A stretch of 64,000 nt of DNA from Saccostrea echinata (lineage: Eukaryota). The translations under genes were made by a program, and so were the position numbers. This document shows, piece by piece, positions 25,878 to 40,902 of this stretch. The DNA lies in contig NW_026889753.1 of the NCBI RefSeq assembly GCF_033153115.1, positions 1 through 64,000 on the forward strand, in the 5' to 3' direction. How positions within the stretch are numbered: the stretch's first letter is position 1; every line of letters begins with the position of its first letter. The notes under the pieces were generated by a model, which ran no database searches, had not been told where the DNA came from, and saw only the letters and a list, made by a program, of their open reading frames with translations.

Positions 25878-27954
25878 CATTGTATTCAAAATGTCTATTC
25901 TGTTGACATTTATTTTCACTTATACTGTTTTAGCGTTGACAATTATTTGATTTTAATGTAAATGTAAATAAAAGAAACAAAAAACATGAACTGATTTTAT
26001 TTGTGTGAAAACTATGAAGGTTGAAGTATTTAAAAACGAAAGTGAGCGCAGTTAATACTTAGCTTTGAAAAAAAAAAATCATGATGGCGATAATGAAAAG
26101 AAAGAGATCGGGAGGAAGAAATGAGCAAGAAGTGTTTTACAAAGAGTAGTGTACAAACAGATATTATTTTGTTTGATTTCAATGTCTAAGGTTTGTTCTG
26201 AAACAAAATGATTTACATCAATCAAATAAATTTTATTCCTCAGTGTTAAACCATATCCATATTTAAAGCATTTATGCTAGCTATATATTTGATAAAAACT
26301 TCAAATGGGATCCCAAGACATTTTGAAAAAAATGATTTTGTCCACGTTTTGCCTCAGATTTGTTTGCGGTAGCCGCTGTTTTGTACAAATATAACCTAGG
26401 ATACAGTGTATCTAATGATCAGGTGCTTGGGATGTATAAAGCGCTCTACATTAAGAAAGCTCATAAACTTTATAAATGCATGTGTTTGGTTATTTCAATT
26501 TTAATCCATTTTGTCTCGAGTTAACTCCATTCCAATTCTTAAGATAGGATCCTCTTTGAATCATGTCGGCGACTGTGACAACATTCTGTGCAGTTTTATG
26601 CCCTTTTATTTCGTATTACTTAATACTTTTTATCTGGTCGCATAAAAAAATACGGGAAACATGGCTAACTTCTAAAATTGCATGCGCCATGAATTGCAAA
26701 TTGAAAGAGATATCAGCTCCAAAATGAAATATTTTATCGTTTTTCATCAGAACTTTCCTGAAAGACTCGTCATGAAAAAAAAATCTCGGTGAATCATTTA
26801 ATTTTTTTTGGTGCTGCATCACACCAGTATTCAATTGGGTTCTACATTCATAGCAAGATTACGCCGCCTTTCAGGTAGATGTTACTCAAAGAAAGTTCCG
26901 CTGATTTCTATTTTCAAATTCTGTAAATTAATGCTTCCTAAGCAAACCACATCGCAATTCAAAAAGGCGCACAGCTTCATGGTCATCAAAGTCAATCAAG
27001 TGCTTTAAAGTCAAGCGCAGAACCTAGCAACTCCCCTTCTTAAAAGAAAAAAAAATCATTTTGTCTCGTGTTTTAGTAAATCAAGTAGAAATCTGAAAGG
27101 TGCACGTGGTTTTTATACGTCAATCTTCTCTCCTTCTCTCTCTTTAAATGTATATATATATTAAGTATATATGTAATCTTGGTGACATCTTGATCCGAAT
27201 GGGGAGGGGGGGGGGGGTTTTAAGGAATTTGTCACCTCTTTCCTGAACCTCGAAAAAAAATAATAGAAATGCTTGAAAATCAAAAGAAAATTATTTTTTG
27301 TAACGAAGCATTTAAAAGTCGTACAAATTTGAATTTTCTTGTCCTAAGCAAGGATAAACCAATCAAAATGAACTTAGTCAATTGTAGTTCTAAATACAGA
27401 GATACCCTCTTTCCTTTTTATCTCTTTTGGTATCTTATTTTAGGCCTATATTATATTAATTTTGGAATCAATTATTAGGAATATCATAGCTTTAGAGGAA
27501 TTATCCAACTGGATAAAATGGAACTTTTTTTAGTGCGGCGCATGATGCAGCTTTTTGGGTGATGTGTAGACTACCTGTCAACATGTGAAACTGTGAATGT
27601 TTACGCTCAGTGTTCTGTCTTAAAAGCCGCATTTTTCCTCTCTCATTTGTTGGGGTCAATTTTTGTTTTAGTAATTAGCGGCCGAGAGTTCACTTAATTA
27701 ATGTAATCAAGTGTGCGAGAGCATTGGGGAAGCGCTAGTCTATGTTCGATCGTAAGTCTTGAAAATATCTACTTTTCGTTTCACTATTCACAACCAAAGG
27801 AATTGCAAGTCTGCATACAATAGAAAGTCTACTTATTCAATCGTAAGTCTTTGCCACCAGAAGCATATAAAAGGAGGATTGAAACTGAGAAACAATCATA
27901 CTTTGTACAACGCTCTACACAAGTACTTCACACAACGTTAGTAGACACTATAGC

Positions 27955-29635
27955 ATGGCTGTACCACCAGGCGGTCCCATAGAGATTTGTTTCTCGTTTG
28001 ATACAACTGGCTCAATGTCAAGTTCTATCAATGCGGTTAAACAGAATGTCCAGGAAATGATTCAACGACTGCAAACGGATATCCCCGGTATTAGAATCGC
28101 TGTATTTGCTCACGGAGATTACTGTGACAGAGACTCATCTTATGTCACCAAGTATGTAGATTTTTCCACGGATCTGAACGAACTGTGTAACTGGGTCAAA
28201 AGCGTTGGGTCCACTGGAGGCGGGGATTCCGATGAGTGTTATGAGCTGGTCTTGCACCAGGTACAAACTTTGTCTTGGACACCTGGCACACAGAGGGCGC
28301 TGGTGATGATAGGAGATGCCCATCCTCATGACGTGAACTACCCAGACAACAAACAGAAATTGGACTGGAAGGAGGAAGTGGAAAAATTAGCAGTCATGGT
28401 AAGAAAATCATTTTAGTTTAAAGGTGAAAACTTAATGCCGTTTCTTTATTTCAAACCTTCACTGTTTTAGATTCCTGTCTTTCTTATTCAAGAGTATAAG
28501 TATATGTCGTCTGTATTTCAGGGTGTGCGAGTGTACGGTGTACAATGTAGAGCTTCTAGTGACAAAAGAACGAACGACTTCTACCAAACACTGGCCGATA
28601 AGACAGCTGGCAGACGAGTAGAACTGGAGCAGTTCTCCAATCTCTTTGACTTCATTATGGCCATCTGCTACAGAGAGCAAGGAGCAGAGTTCCTGGATAT
28701 CTATGAACAGGAAGTACGCGCCAGAGACGCTGGAATAGGTGTTCATAAGGATTTGAATGCTATGTTCGGAGCACTCAAAGACGATGAACCTTCCACATCT
28801 TCATCCAGCGTGGAGACTTCATCTTCCAAGTCCAGAACACTTCCCTACAAGCCGGCCCTGAAAAAGCTGCCATCTCTGACAAAAGCAGCCTCCATCACAA
28901 AGCTGAAGAAAAAGAGTACCTCCATTCACGCAGTGAGGAAAACAATCGTCAAAAAGACCGTTCCTTCTGCAATGGATAGAAAGAGAGCTAAACATCTAGC
29001 CATTTCATGCCAAAAGGTATTCAATCTCAAATACGTATCATTTTTCTTTCAATTCATGATATTCATATCTTGCATGTATATATAGTATTCAATATTAGAC
29101 TTTCATATAATAGGTACATAATTTATTTCAGCTAAACACACTAAGAAAGCTGAAGAGAGAAAATGTTGCAGAGACAAATTTTTCGATGAATAGAATTCAT
29201 TGGTCCCCGTGGGAACTAGTTATTTCTCCCATTAAACCAGAGGATGACTCGGTGTGGACAGAAAGACATCGAGGAAGAAAGGGTTTCAGAAAATCCACCG
29301 TCTGCGGAGGAAAGACATTCCCTGCCGCTGTGTACGAGTTCTCTGTGAGGAAACCATCTGATTCTAAACGTTATGTTACCTACTGTAAACTTTCCTCGGG
29401 ATTCACCAGTACACGATGCTGGGAATCTAGACTCTTGTCCGATTCTGACGTTCGATCTCAAGTGAACAAAGTGGTGTCTTTGGGATATTCTGTCTTTGTT
29501 CGTAGATGTTTGGTAACTGACTCTAACAAAAACACCATTAAGAAATCCCTTCTCAGATATGACTATGCATGGAGAAAAGTGCGAAATGTAAGAGACTCTC
29601 ACAGAAATATTCAGTTGATGGCAGCCTCAAATTAA
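27955..29635 (+). CDS. vWA/ET-like protein copy 8, L134Q variant (exons 27955-28398, 28522-29016, 29132-29635)
   Basis: CTG>CAG at 28354-28356 (DNKQKLDW); otherwise matches copy 1. Confidence 0.91.
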
Positions 29636-31710
29636 CATTGTATTCAAAATGTCTATTCTGTTGACATTTATTTTCACTTATACTGTTTTAGCGTTGACAA
29701 TTATTTGATTTTAATGTAAATGTAAATAAAAGAAACAAAAAACATGAACTGATTTTATTTGTGTGAAAACTATGAAGGTTGAAGTATTTAAAAACGAAAG
29801 TGAGCGCAGTTAATACTTAGCTTTGAAAAAAAAAAATCATGATGGCGATAATGAAAAGAAAGAGATCGGGAGGAAGAAATGAGCAAGAAGTGTTTTACAA
29901 AGAGTAGTGTACAAACAGATATTATTTTGTTTGATTTCAATGTCTAAGGTTTGTTCTGAAACAAAATGATTTACATCAATCAAATAAATTTTATTCCTCA
30001 GTGTTAAACCATATCCATATTTAAAGCATTTATGCTAGCTATATATTTGATAAAAACTTCAAATGGGATCCCAAGACATTTTGAAAAAAATGATTTTGTC
30101 CACGTTTTGCCTCAGATTTGTTTGCGGTAGCCGCTGTTTTGTACAAATATAACCTAGGATACAGTGTATCTAATGATCAGGTGCTTGGGATGTATAAAGC
30201 GCTCTACATTAAGAAAGCTCATAAACTTTATAAATGCATGTGTTTGGTTATTTCAATTTTAATCCATTTTGTCTCGAGTTAACTCCATTCCAATTCTTAA
30301 GATAGGATCCTCTTTGAATCATGTCGGCGACTGTGACAACATTCTGTGCAGTTTTATGCCCTTTTATTTCGTATTACTTAATACTTTTTATCTGGTCGCA
30401 TAAAAAAATACGGGAAACATGGCTAACTTCTAAAATTGCATGCGCCATGAATTGCAAATTGAAAGAGATATCAGCTCCAAAATGAAATATTTTATCGTTT
30501 TTCATCAGAACTTTCCTGAAAGACTCGTCATGAAAAAAAAATCTCGGTGAATCATTTAATTTTTTTTGGTGCTGCATCACACCAGTATTCAATTGGGTTC
30601 TACATTCATAGCAAGATTACGCCGCCTTTCAGGTAGATGTTACTCAAAGAAAGTTCCGCTGATTTCTATTTTCAAATTCTGTAAATTAATGCTTCCTAAG
30701 CAAACCACATCGCAATTCAAAAAGGCGCACAGCTTCATGGTCATCAAAGTCAATCAAGTGCTTTAAAGTCAAGCGCAGAACCTAGCAACTCCCCTTCTTA
30801 AAAGAAAAAAAAATCATTTTGTCTCGTGTTTTAGTAAATCAAGTAGAAATCTGAAAGGTGCACGTGGTTTTTATACGTCAATCTTCTCTCCTTCTCTCTC
30901 TTTAAATGTATATATATATTAAGTATATATGTAATCTTGGTGACATCTTGATCCGAATGGGGAGGGGGGGGGGTTTTAAGGAATTTGTCACCTCTTTCCT
31001 GAACCTCGAAAAAAAATAATAGAAATGCTTGAAAATCAAAAGAAAATTATTTTTTGTAACGAAGCATTTAAAAGTCGTACAAATTTGAATTTTCTTGTCC
31101 TAAGCAAGGATAAACCAATCAAAATGAACTTAGTCAATTGTAGTTCTAAATACAGAGATACCCTCTTTCCTTTTTATCTCTTTTGGTATCTTATTTTAGG
31201 CCTATATTATATTAATTTTGGAATCAATTATTAGGAATATCATAGCTTTAGAGGAATTATCCAACTGGATAAAATGGAACTTTTTTTAGTGCGGCGCATG
31301 ATGCAGCTTTTTGGGTGATGTGTAGACTACCTGTCAACATGTGAAACTGTGAATGTTTACGCTCAGTGTTCTGTCTTAAAAGCCGCATTTTTCCTCTCTC
31401 ATTTGTTGGGGTCAATTTTTGTTTTAGTAATTAGCGGCCGAGAGTTCACTTAATTAATGTAATCAAGTGTGCGAGAGCATTGGGAAAGCGCTAGTCTATG
31501 TTCGATCGTAAGTCTTGAAAATATCTACTTTTCGTTTCACTATTCACAACCAAAGGAATTGCAAGTCTGCATACAATAGAAAGTCTACTTATTCAATCGT
31601 AAGTCTTTGCCACCAGAAGCATATAAAAGGAGGATTGAAACTGAGAAACAATCATACTTTGTACAACGCTCTACACAAGTACTTCACACAACGTTAGTAG
31701 ACACTATAGC

Positions 31711-33391
31711 ATGGCTGTACCACCAGGCGGTCCCATAGAGATTTGTTTCTCGTTTGATACAACTGGCTCAATGTCAAGTTCTATCAATGCGGTTAAACAG
31801 AATGTCCAGGAAATGATTCAACGACTGCAAACGGATATCCCCGGTATTAGAATCGCTGTATTTGCTCACGGAGATTACTGTGACAGAGACTCATCTTATG
31901 TCACCAAGTATGTAGATTTTTCCACGGATCTGAACGAACTGTGTAACTGGGTCAAAAGCGTTGGGTCCACTGGAGGCGGGGATTCCGATGAGTGTTATGA
32001 GCTGGTCTTGCACCAGGTACAAACTTTGTCTTGGACACCTGGCACACAGAGGGCGCTGGTGATGATAGGAGATGCCCATCCTCATGACGTGAACTACCCA
32101 GACAACAAACTGAAATTGGACTGGAAGGAGGAAGTGGAAAAATTAGCAGTCATGGTAAGAAAATCATTTTAGTTTAAAGGTGAAAACTTAATGCCGTTTC
32201 TTTATTTCAAACCTTCACTGTTTTAGATTCCTGTCTTTCTTATTCAAGAGTATAAGTATATGTCGTCTGTATTTCAGGGTGTGCGAGTGTACGGTGTACA
32301 ATGTAGAGCTTCTAGTGACAAAAGAACGAACGACTTCTACCAAACACTGGCCGATAAGACAGCTGGCAGACGAGTAGAACTGGAGCAGTTCTCCAATCTC
32401 TTTGACTTCATTATGGCCATCTGCTACAGAGAGCAAGGAGCAGAGTTCCTGGATATCTATGAACAGGAAGTACGCGCCAGAGACGCTGGAATAGGTGTTC
32501 ATAAGGATTTGAATGCTATGTTCGGAGCACTCAAAGACGATGAACCTTCCACATCTTCATCCAGCGTGGAGACTTCATCTTCCAAGTCCAGAACACTTCC
32601 CTACAAGCCGGCCCTGAAAAAGCTGCCATCTCTGACAAAAGCAGCCTCCATCACAAAGCTGAAGAAAAAGAGTACCTCCATTCACGCAGTGAGGAAAACA
32701 ATCGTCAAAAAGACCGTTCCTTCTGCAATGGATAGAAAGAGAGCTAAACATCTAGCCATTTCATGCCAAAAGGTATTCAATCTCAAATACGTATCATTTT
32801 TCTTTCAATTCATGATATTCATATCTTGCATGTATATATAGTATTCAATATTAGACTTTCATATAATAGGTACATAATTTATTTCAGCTAAACACACTAA
32901 GAAAGCTGAAGAGAGAAAATGTTGCAGAGACAAATTTTTCGATGAATAGAATTCATTGGTCCCCGTGGGAACTAGTTATTTCTCCCATTAAACCAGAGGA
33001 TGACTCGGTGTGGACAGAAAGACATCGAGGAAGAAAGGGTTTCAGAAAATCCACCGTCTGCGGAGGAAAGACATTCCCTGCCGCTGTGTACGAGTTCTCT
33101 GTGAGGAAACCATCTGATTCTAAACGTTATGTTACCTACTGTAAACTTTCCTCGGGATTCACCAGTACACGATGCTGGGAATCTAGACTCTTGTCCGATT
33201 CTGACGTTCGATCTCAAGTGAACAAAGTGGTGTCTTTGGGATATTCTGTCTTTGTTCGTAGATGTTTGGTAACTGACTCTAACAAAAACACCATTAAGAA
33301 ATCCCTTCTCAGATAAGACTATGCATGGAGAAAAGTGCGAAATGTAAGAGACTCTCACAGAAATATTCAGTTGATGGCAGCCTCAAATTAA
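31711..33391 (+). pseudogene. vWA/ET-like copy 9 with premature stop Y456* (exons 31711-32154, 32278-32772, 32888-33316)
   Basis: TAT>TAA at 33314-33316 removes the last 25 aa, including the YDYAW motif. It could yield a truncated protein rather than a null, or be a sequence error. Confidence 0.75.
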
Positions 33392-35465
33392 CATTGTATT
33401 CAAAATGTCTATTCTGTTGACATTTATTTTCACTTATACTGTTTTAGCGTTGACAATTATTTGATTTTAATGTAAATGTAAATAAAAGAAACAAAAAACA
33501 TGAACTGATTTTATTTGTGTGAAAACTATGAAGGTTGAAGTATTTAAAAACGAAAGTGAGCGCAGTTAATACTTAGCTTTGAAAAAAAAAATCATGATGG
33601 CGATAATGAAAAGAAAGAGATCGGGAGGAAGAAATGAGCAAGAAGTGTTTTACAAAGAGTAGTGTACAAACAGATATTATTTTGTTTGATTTCAATGTCT
33701 AAGGTTTGTTCTGAAACAAAATGATTTACATCAATCAAATAAATTTTATTCCTCAGTGTTAAACCATATCCATATTTAAAGCATTTATGCTAGCTATATA
33801 TTTGATAAAAACTTCAAATGGGATCCCAAGACATTTTGAAAAAAATGATTTTGTCCACGTTTTGCCTCAGATTTGTTTGCGGTAGCCGCTGTTTTGTACA
33901 AATATAACCTAGGATACAGTGTATCTAATGATCAGGTGCTTGGGATGTATAAAGCGCTCTACATTAAGAAAGCTCATAAACTTTATAAATGCATGTGTTT
34001 GGTTATTTCAATTTTAATCCATTTTGTCTCGAGTTAACTCCATTCCAATTCTTAAGATAGGATCCTCTTTGAATCATGTCGGCGACTGTGACAACATTCT
34101 GTGCAGTTTTATGCCCTTTTATTTCGTATTACTTAATACTTTTTATCTGGTCGCATAAAAAAATACGGGAAACATGGCTAACTTCTAAAATTGCATGCGC
34201 CATGAATTGCAAATTGAAAGAGATATCAGCTCCAAAATGAAATATTTTATCGTTTTTCATCAGAACTTTCCTGAAAGACTCGTCATGAAAAAAAAATCTC
34301 GGTGAATCATTTAATTTTTTTTGGTGCTGCATCACACCAGTATTCAATTGGGTTCTACATTCATAGCAAGATTACGCCGCCTTTCAGGTAGATGTTACTC
34401 AAAGAAAGTTCCGCTGATTTCTATTTTCAAATTCTGTAAATTAATGCTTCCTAAGCAAACCACATCGCAATTCAAAAAGGCGCTCAGCTTCATGGTCATC
34501 AAAGTCAATCAAGTGCTTTAAAGTCAAGCGCAGAACCTAGCAACTCCCCTTCTTAAAAGAAAAAAAAATCATTTTGTCTCGTGTTTTAGTAAATCAAGTA
34601 GAAATCTGAAAGGTGCACGTGGTTTTTATACGTCAATCTTCTCTCCTTCTCTCTCTTTAAATGTATATATATATTAAGTATATATGTAATCTTGGTGACA
34701 TCTTGATCCGAATGGGGAGGGGGGGGGGTGTTAAGGAATTTGTCACCTCTTTCCTGAACCTCGAAAAAAAATAATAGAAATGCTTGTAAATCAAAAGAAA
34801 ATTATTTTTTGTAACGAAGCATTTAAAAGTCGTACAAATTTGAATTTTCTTGTCCTAAGCAAGGATAAACCAATCAAAATGAACTTAGTCAATTGTAGTT
34901 CTAAATACAGAGATACCCTCTTTCCTTTTTATCTCTTTTGGTATCTTATTTTAGGCCTATATTATATTAATTTTGGAATCAATTATTAGGAATATCATAG
35001 CTTTAGAGGAATTATCCAACTGGATAAAATGGAACTTTTTTTAGTGCGGCGCATGATGCAGCTTTTTGGGTGATGTGTAGACTACCTGTCAACATGTGAA
35101 ACTGTGAATGTTTACGCTCAGTGTTCTGTCTTAAAAGCCGCATTTTTCCTCTCTCATTTGTTGGGGTCAATTTTTGTTTTAGTAATTAGCGGCCGAGAGT
35201 TCACTTAATTAATGTAATCAAGTGTGCGAGAGCATTGGGGAAGCGCTAGTCTATGTTCGATCGTAAGTCTTGAAAATATCTACTTTTCGTTTCACTATTC
35301 ACAACCAAAGGAATTGCAAGTCTGCATACAATAGAAAGTCTACTTATTCAATCGTAAGTCTTTGCCACCAGAAGCATATAAAAGGAGGATTGAAACTGAG
35401 AAACAATCATACTTTGTACAACGCTCTACACAAGTACTTCACACAACGTTAGTAGACACTATAGC

Positions 35466-37146
35466 ATGGCTGTACCACCAGGCGGTCCCATAGAGATTTG
35501 TTTCTCGTTTGATACAACTGGCTCAATGTCAAGTTCTATCAATGCGGTTAAACAGAATGTCCAGGAAATGATTCAACGACTGCAAACGGATATCCCCGGT
35601 ATTAGAATCGCTGTATTTGCTCACGGAGATTACTGTGACAGAGACTCATCTTATGTCACCAAGTATGTAGATTTTTCCACGGATCTGAACGAACTGTGTA
35701 ACTGGGTCAAAAGCGTTGGGTCCACTGGAGGCGGGGATTCCGATGAGTGTTATGAGCTGGTCTTGCACCAGGTACAAACTTTGTCTTGGACACCTGGCAC
35801 ACAGAGGGCGCTGGTGATGATAGGAGATGCCCATCCTCATGACGTGAACTACCCAGACAACAAACTGAAATTGGACTGGAAGGAGGAAGTGGAAAAATTA
35901 GCAGTCATGGTAAGAAAATCATTTTAGTTTAAAGGTGAAAACTTAATGCCGTTTCTTTATTTCAAACCTTCACTGTTTTAGATTCCTGTCTTTCTTATTC
36001 AAGAGTATAAGTATATGTCGTCTGTATTTCAGGGTGTGCGAGTGTACGGTGTACAATGTAGAGCTTCTAGTGACAAAAGAACGAACGACTTCTACCAAAC
36101 ACTGGCCGATAAGACAGCTGGCAGACGAGTAGAACTGGAGCAGTTCTCCAATCTCTTTGACTTCATTATGGCCATCTGCTACAGAGAGCAAGGAGCAGAG
36201 TTCCTGGATATCTATGAACAGGAAGTACGCGCCAGAGACGCTGGAATAGGTGTTCATAAGGATTTGAATGCTATGTTCGGAGCACTCAAAGACGATGAAC
36301 CTTCCACATCTTCATCCAGCGTGGAGACTTCATCTTCCAAGTCCAGAACACTTCCCTACAAGCCGGCCCTGAAAAAGCTGCCATCTCTGACAAAAGCAGC
36401 CTCCATCACAAAGCTGAAGAAAAAGAGTACCTCCATTCACGCAGTGAGGAAAACAATCGTCAAAAAGACCGTTCCTTCTGCAATGGATAGAAAGAGAGCT
36501 AAACATCTAGCCATTTCATGCCAAAAGGTATTCAATCTCAAATACGTATCATTTTTCTTTCAATTCATGATATTCATATCTTGCATGTATATATAGTATT
36601 CAATATTAGACTTTCATATAATAGGTACATAATTTATTTCAGCTAAACACACTAAGAAAGCTGAAGAGAGAAAATGTTGCAGAGACAAATTTTTCGATGA
36701 ATAGAATTCATTGGTCCCCGTGGGAACTAGTTATTTCTCCCATTAAACCAGAGGATGACTCGGTGTGGACAGAAAGACATCGAGGAAGAAAGGGTTTCAG
36801 AAAATCCACCGTCTGCGGAGGAAAGACATTCCCTGCCGCTGTGTACGAGTTCTCTGTGAGGAAACCATCTGATTCTAAACGTTATGTTACCTACTGTAAA
36901 CTTTCCTCGGGATTCACCAGTACACGATGCTGGGAATCTAGACTCTTGTCCGATTCTGACGTTCGATCTCAAGTGAACAAAGTGGTGTCTTTGGGATATT
37001 CTGTCTTTGTTCGTAGATGTTTGGTAACTGACTCTAACAAAAACACCATTAAGAAATCCCTTCTCAGATATGACTATGCATGGAGAAAAGTGCGAAATGT
37101 AAGAGACTCTCACAGAAATATTCAGTTGATGGCAGCCTCAAATTAA
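35466..37146 (+). CDS. vWA/ET-like protein copy 10 (exons 35466-35909, 36033-36527, 36643-37146)
   Basis: Translation matches copy 1. Confidence 0.92.
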
Positions 37147-39221
37147 CATTGTATTCAAAATGTCTATTCTGTTGACATTTATTTTCACTTATACTGTTTT
37201 AGCGTTGACAATTATTTGATTTTAATGTAAATGTAAATAAAAGAAACAAAAAACATGAACTGATTTTATTTGTGTGAAAACTATGAAGGTTGAAGTATTT
37301 AAAAACGAAAGTGAGCGCAGTTAATACTTAGCTTTGAAAAAAAAAAATCATGATGGCGATAATGAAAAGAAAGAGATCGGGAGGAAGAAATGAGCAAGAA
37401 GTGTTTTACAAAGAGTAGTGTACAAACAGATATTATTTTGTTTGATTTCAATGTCTAAGGTTTGTTCTGAAACAAAATGATTTACATCAATCAAATAAAT
37501 TTTATTCCTCAGTGTTAAACCATATCCATATTTAAAGCATTTATGCTAGCTATATATTTGATAAAAACTTCAAATGGGATCCCAAGACATTTTGAAAAAA
37601 ATGATTTTGTCCACGTTTTGCCTCAGATTTGTTTGCGGTAGCCGCTGTTTTGTACAAATATAACCTAGGATACAGTGTATCTAATGATCAGGTGCTTGGG
37701 ATGTATAAAGCGCTCTACATTAAGAAAGCTCATAAACTTTATAAATGCATGTGTTTGGTTATTTCAATTTTAATCCATTTTGTCTCGAGTTAACTCCATT
37801 CCAATTCTTAAGATAGGATCCTCTTTGAATCATGTCGGCGACTGTGACAACATTCTGTGCAGTTTTATGCCCTTTTATTTCGTATTACTTAATACTTTTT
37901 ATCTGGTCGCATAAAAAAATACGGGAAACATGGCTAACTTCTAAAATTGCATGCGCCATGAATTGCAAATTGAAAGAGATATCAGCTCCAAAATGAAATA
38001 TTTTATCGTTTTTCATCAGAACTTTCCTGAAAGACTCGTCATGAAAAAAAAATCTCGGTGAATCATTTAATTTTTTTTGGCGCTGCATCACACCAGTATT
38101 CAATTGGGTTCTACATTCATAGCAAGATTACGCCGCCTTTCAGGTAGATATTACTCAAAGAAAGTTCCGCTGATTTCTATTTTCAAATTCTGTAAATTAA
38201 TGCTTCCTAAGCAAACCACATCGCAATTCAAAAAGGCGCACAGCTTCATGGTCATCAAAGTCAATCAAGTGCTTTAAAGTCAAGCGCAGAACCTAGCAAC
38301 TCCCCTTCTTAAAAGAAAAAAAAATCATTTTGTCTCGTGTTTTAGTAAATCAAGTAGAAATCTGAAAGGTGCACGTGGTTTTTATACGTCAATCTTCTCT
38401 CCTTCTCTCTCTTTAAATGTATATATATATTAAGTATATATGTAATCTTGGTGACATCTTGATCCGAATGGGGAGGGGGGGGGGGTGTTAAGGAATTTGT
38501 CACCTCTTTTCTGAACCTCGAAAAAAATAATAGAAATGCTTGAAAATCAAAAGAAAATTATTTTTTGTAACGAAGCATTTAAAAGTCGTACAAATTTGCA
38601 TTTTCTTGTCCTAAGCAAGGATAAACCAATCAAAATGAACTTAGTCAATTGTAGTTCTAAATACAGAGATACCCTCTTTCCTTTTTATCTCTTTTGGTAT
38701 CTTATTTTAGGCCTATATTATATTAATTTTGGAATCAATTATTAGGAATATCATAGCTTTAGAGGAATTATCCAACTGGATAAAATGGGACTTTTTTTAG
38801 TGCGGCGCATGATGCAGCTTTTTGGGTGATGTGTAGACTACCTGTCAACATGTGAAACTGTGAATGTTTACGCTCAGTGTTCTGTCTTAAAAGCCGCATT
38901 TTTCCTCTCTCATTTGTTGGGGTCAATTTTTGTTTCATTAATTAGCGGCCGAGAGTTCACTTAATTAATGTAATCAAGTGTGCGAGAGCATTGGGGAAGC
39001 GCTAGTCTATGTTCGATCGTAAGTCTTGAAAATATCTACTTTTCGTTTCACTATTCACAACCAAAGGAATTGCAAGTCTGCATACAATAGAAAGTCTACT
39101 TATTCAATCGTAAGTCTTTGCCACCAGAAGCATATAAAAGGAGGATTGAAACTGAGAAACAATCATACTTTGTACAACGCTCTACACAAGTACTTCACAC
39201 AACGTTAGTAGACACTATAGC

Positions 39222-40902
39222 ATGGCTGTACCACCAGGCGGTCCCATAGAGATTTGTTTCTCGTTTGATACAACTGGCTCAATGTCAAGTTCTATCAATG
39301 CGGTTAAACAGAATGTCCAGGAAATGATTCAACGACTGCAAACGGATATCCCCGGTATTAGAATCGCTGTATTTGCTCACGGAGATTACTGTGACAGAGA
39401 CTCATCTTATGTCACCAAGTATGTAGATTTTTCCACGGATCTGAACGAACTGTGTAACTGGGTCAAAAGCGTTGGGTCCACTGGAGGCGGGGATTCCGAT
39501 GAGTGTTATGAGCTGGTCTTGCACCAGGTACAAACTTTGTCTTGGACACCTGGCACACAGAGGGCGCTGGTGATGATAGGAGATGCCCATCCTCATGACG
39601 TGAACTACCCAGACAACAAACTGAAATTGGACTGGAAGGAGGAAGTGGAAAAATTAGCAGTCATGGTAAGAAAATCATTTTAGTTTAAAGGTGAAAACTT
39701 AATGCCGTTTCTTTATTTCAAACCTTCACTGTTTTAGATTCCTGTCTTTCTTATTCAAGAGTATAAGTATATGTCGTCTGTATTTCAGGGTGTGCGAGTG
39801 TACGGTGTACAATGTAGAGCTTCTAGTGACAAAAGAACGAACGACTTCTACCAAACACTGGCCGATAAGACAGCTGGCAGACGAGTAGAACTGGAGCAGT
39901 TCTCCAATCTCTTTGACTTCATTATGGCCATCTGCTACAGAGAGCAAGGAGCAGAGTTCCTGGATATCTATGAACAGGAAGTACGCGCCAGAGACGCTGG
40001 AATAGGTGTTCATAAGGATTTGAATGCTATGTTCGGAGCACTCAAAGACGATGAACCTTCCACATCTTCATCCAGCGTGGAGGCTTCATCTTCCAAGTCC
40101 AGAACACTTCCCTACAAGCCGGCCCTGAAAAAGCTGTCATCTCTGACAAAAGCAGCCTCCATCACAAAGCTGAAGAAAAAGAGTACCTCCATTCACGCAG
40201 TGAGGAAAACAATCGTCAAAAAGACCGTTCCTTCTGCAATGGATAGAAAGAGAGCTAAACATCTAGCCATTTCATGCCAAAAGGTATTCAATCTCAAATA
40301 CGTATCATTTTTCTTTCAATTCATGATATTCATATCTTGCATGTATATATAGTATTCAATATTAGACTTTCATATAATAGGTACATAATTTATTTCAGCT
40401 AAACATACTAAGAAAGCTGAAGAGAGAAAATGTTGCAGAGACAAATTTTTCGATGAATAGAATTCATTGGTCCCCGTGGGAACTAGTTATTTCTCCCATT
40501 AAACCAGAGGATGACTCGGTGTGGACAGAAAGACATCGAGGAAGAAAGGGTTTCAGAAAATCCACCGTCTGCGGAGGAAAGACATTCCCTGCCGCTGTGT
40601 ACGAGTTCTCTGTGAGGAAACCATCTGATTCTAAACGTTATGTTACCTACTGTAAACTTTCCTCGGGATTCACCAGTACACGATGCTGGGAATCTAGACT
40701 CTTGTCCGATTCTGACGTTCGATCTCAAGTGAACAAAGTGGTGTCTTTGGGATATTCTGTCTTTGTTCGTAGATGTTTGGTAACTGACTCTAACAAAAAC
40801 ACCATTAAGAAATCCCTTCTCAGATATGACTATGCATGGAGAAAAGTGCGAAATGTAAGAGACTCTCACAGAAATATTCAGTTGATGGCAGCCTCAAATT
40901 AA
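39222..40902 (+). CDS. vWA/ET-like protein copy 11, terminal copy with T247A, P265S and T316I (exons 39222-39665, 39789-40283, 40399-40902)
   Basis: VETSS>VEASS, KLPSL>KLSSL, and ACA>ATA at 40405-40407. Splice sites are intact. Confidence 0.91.
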
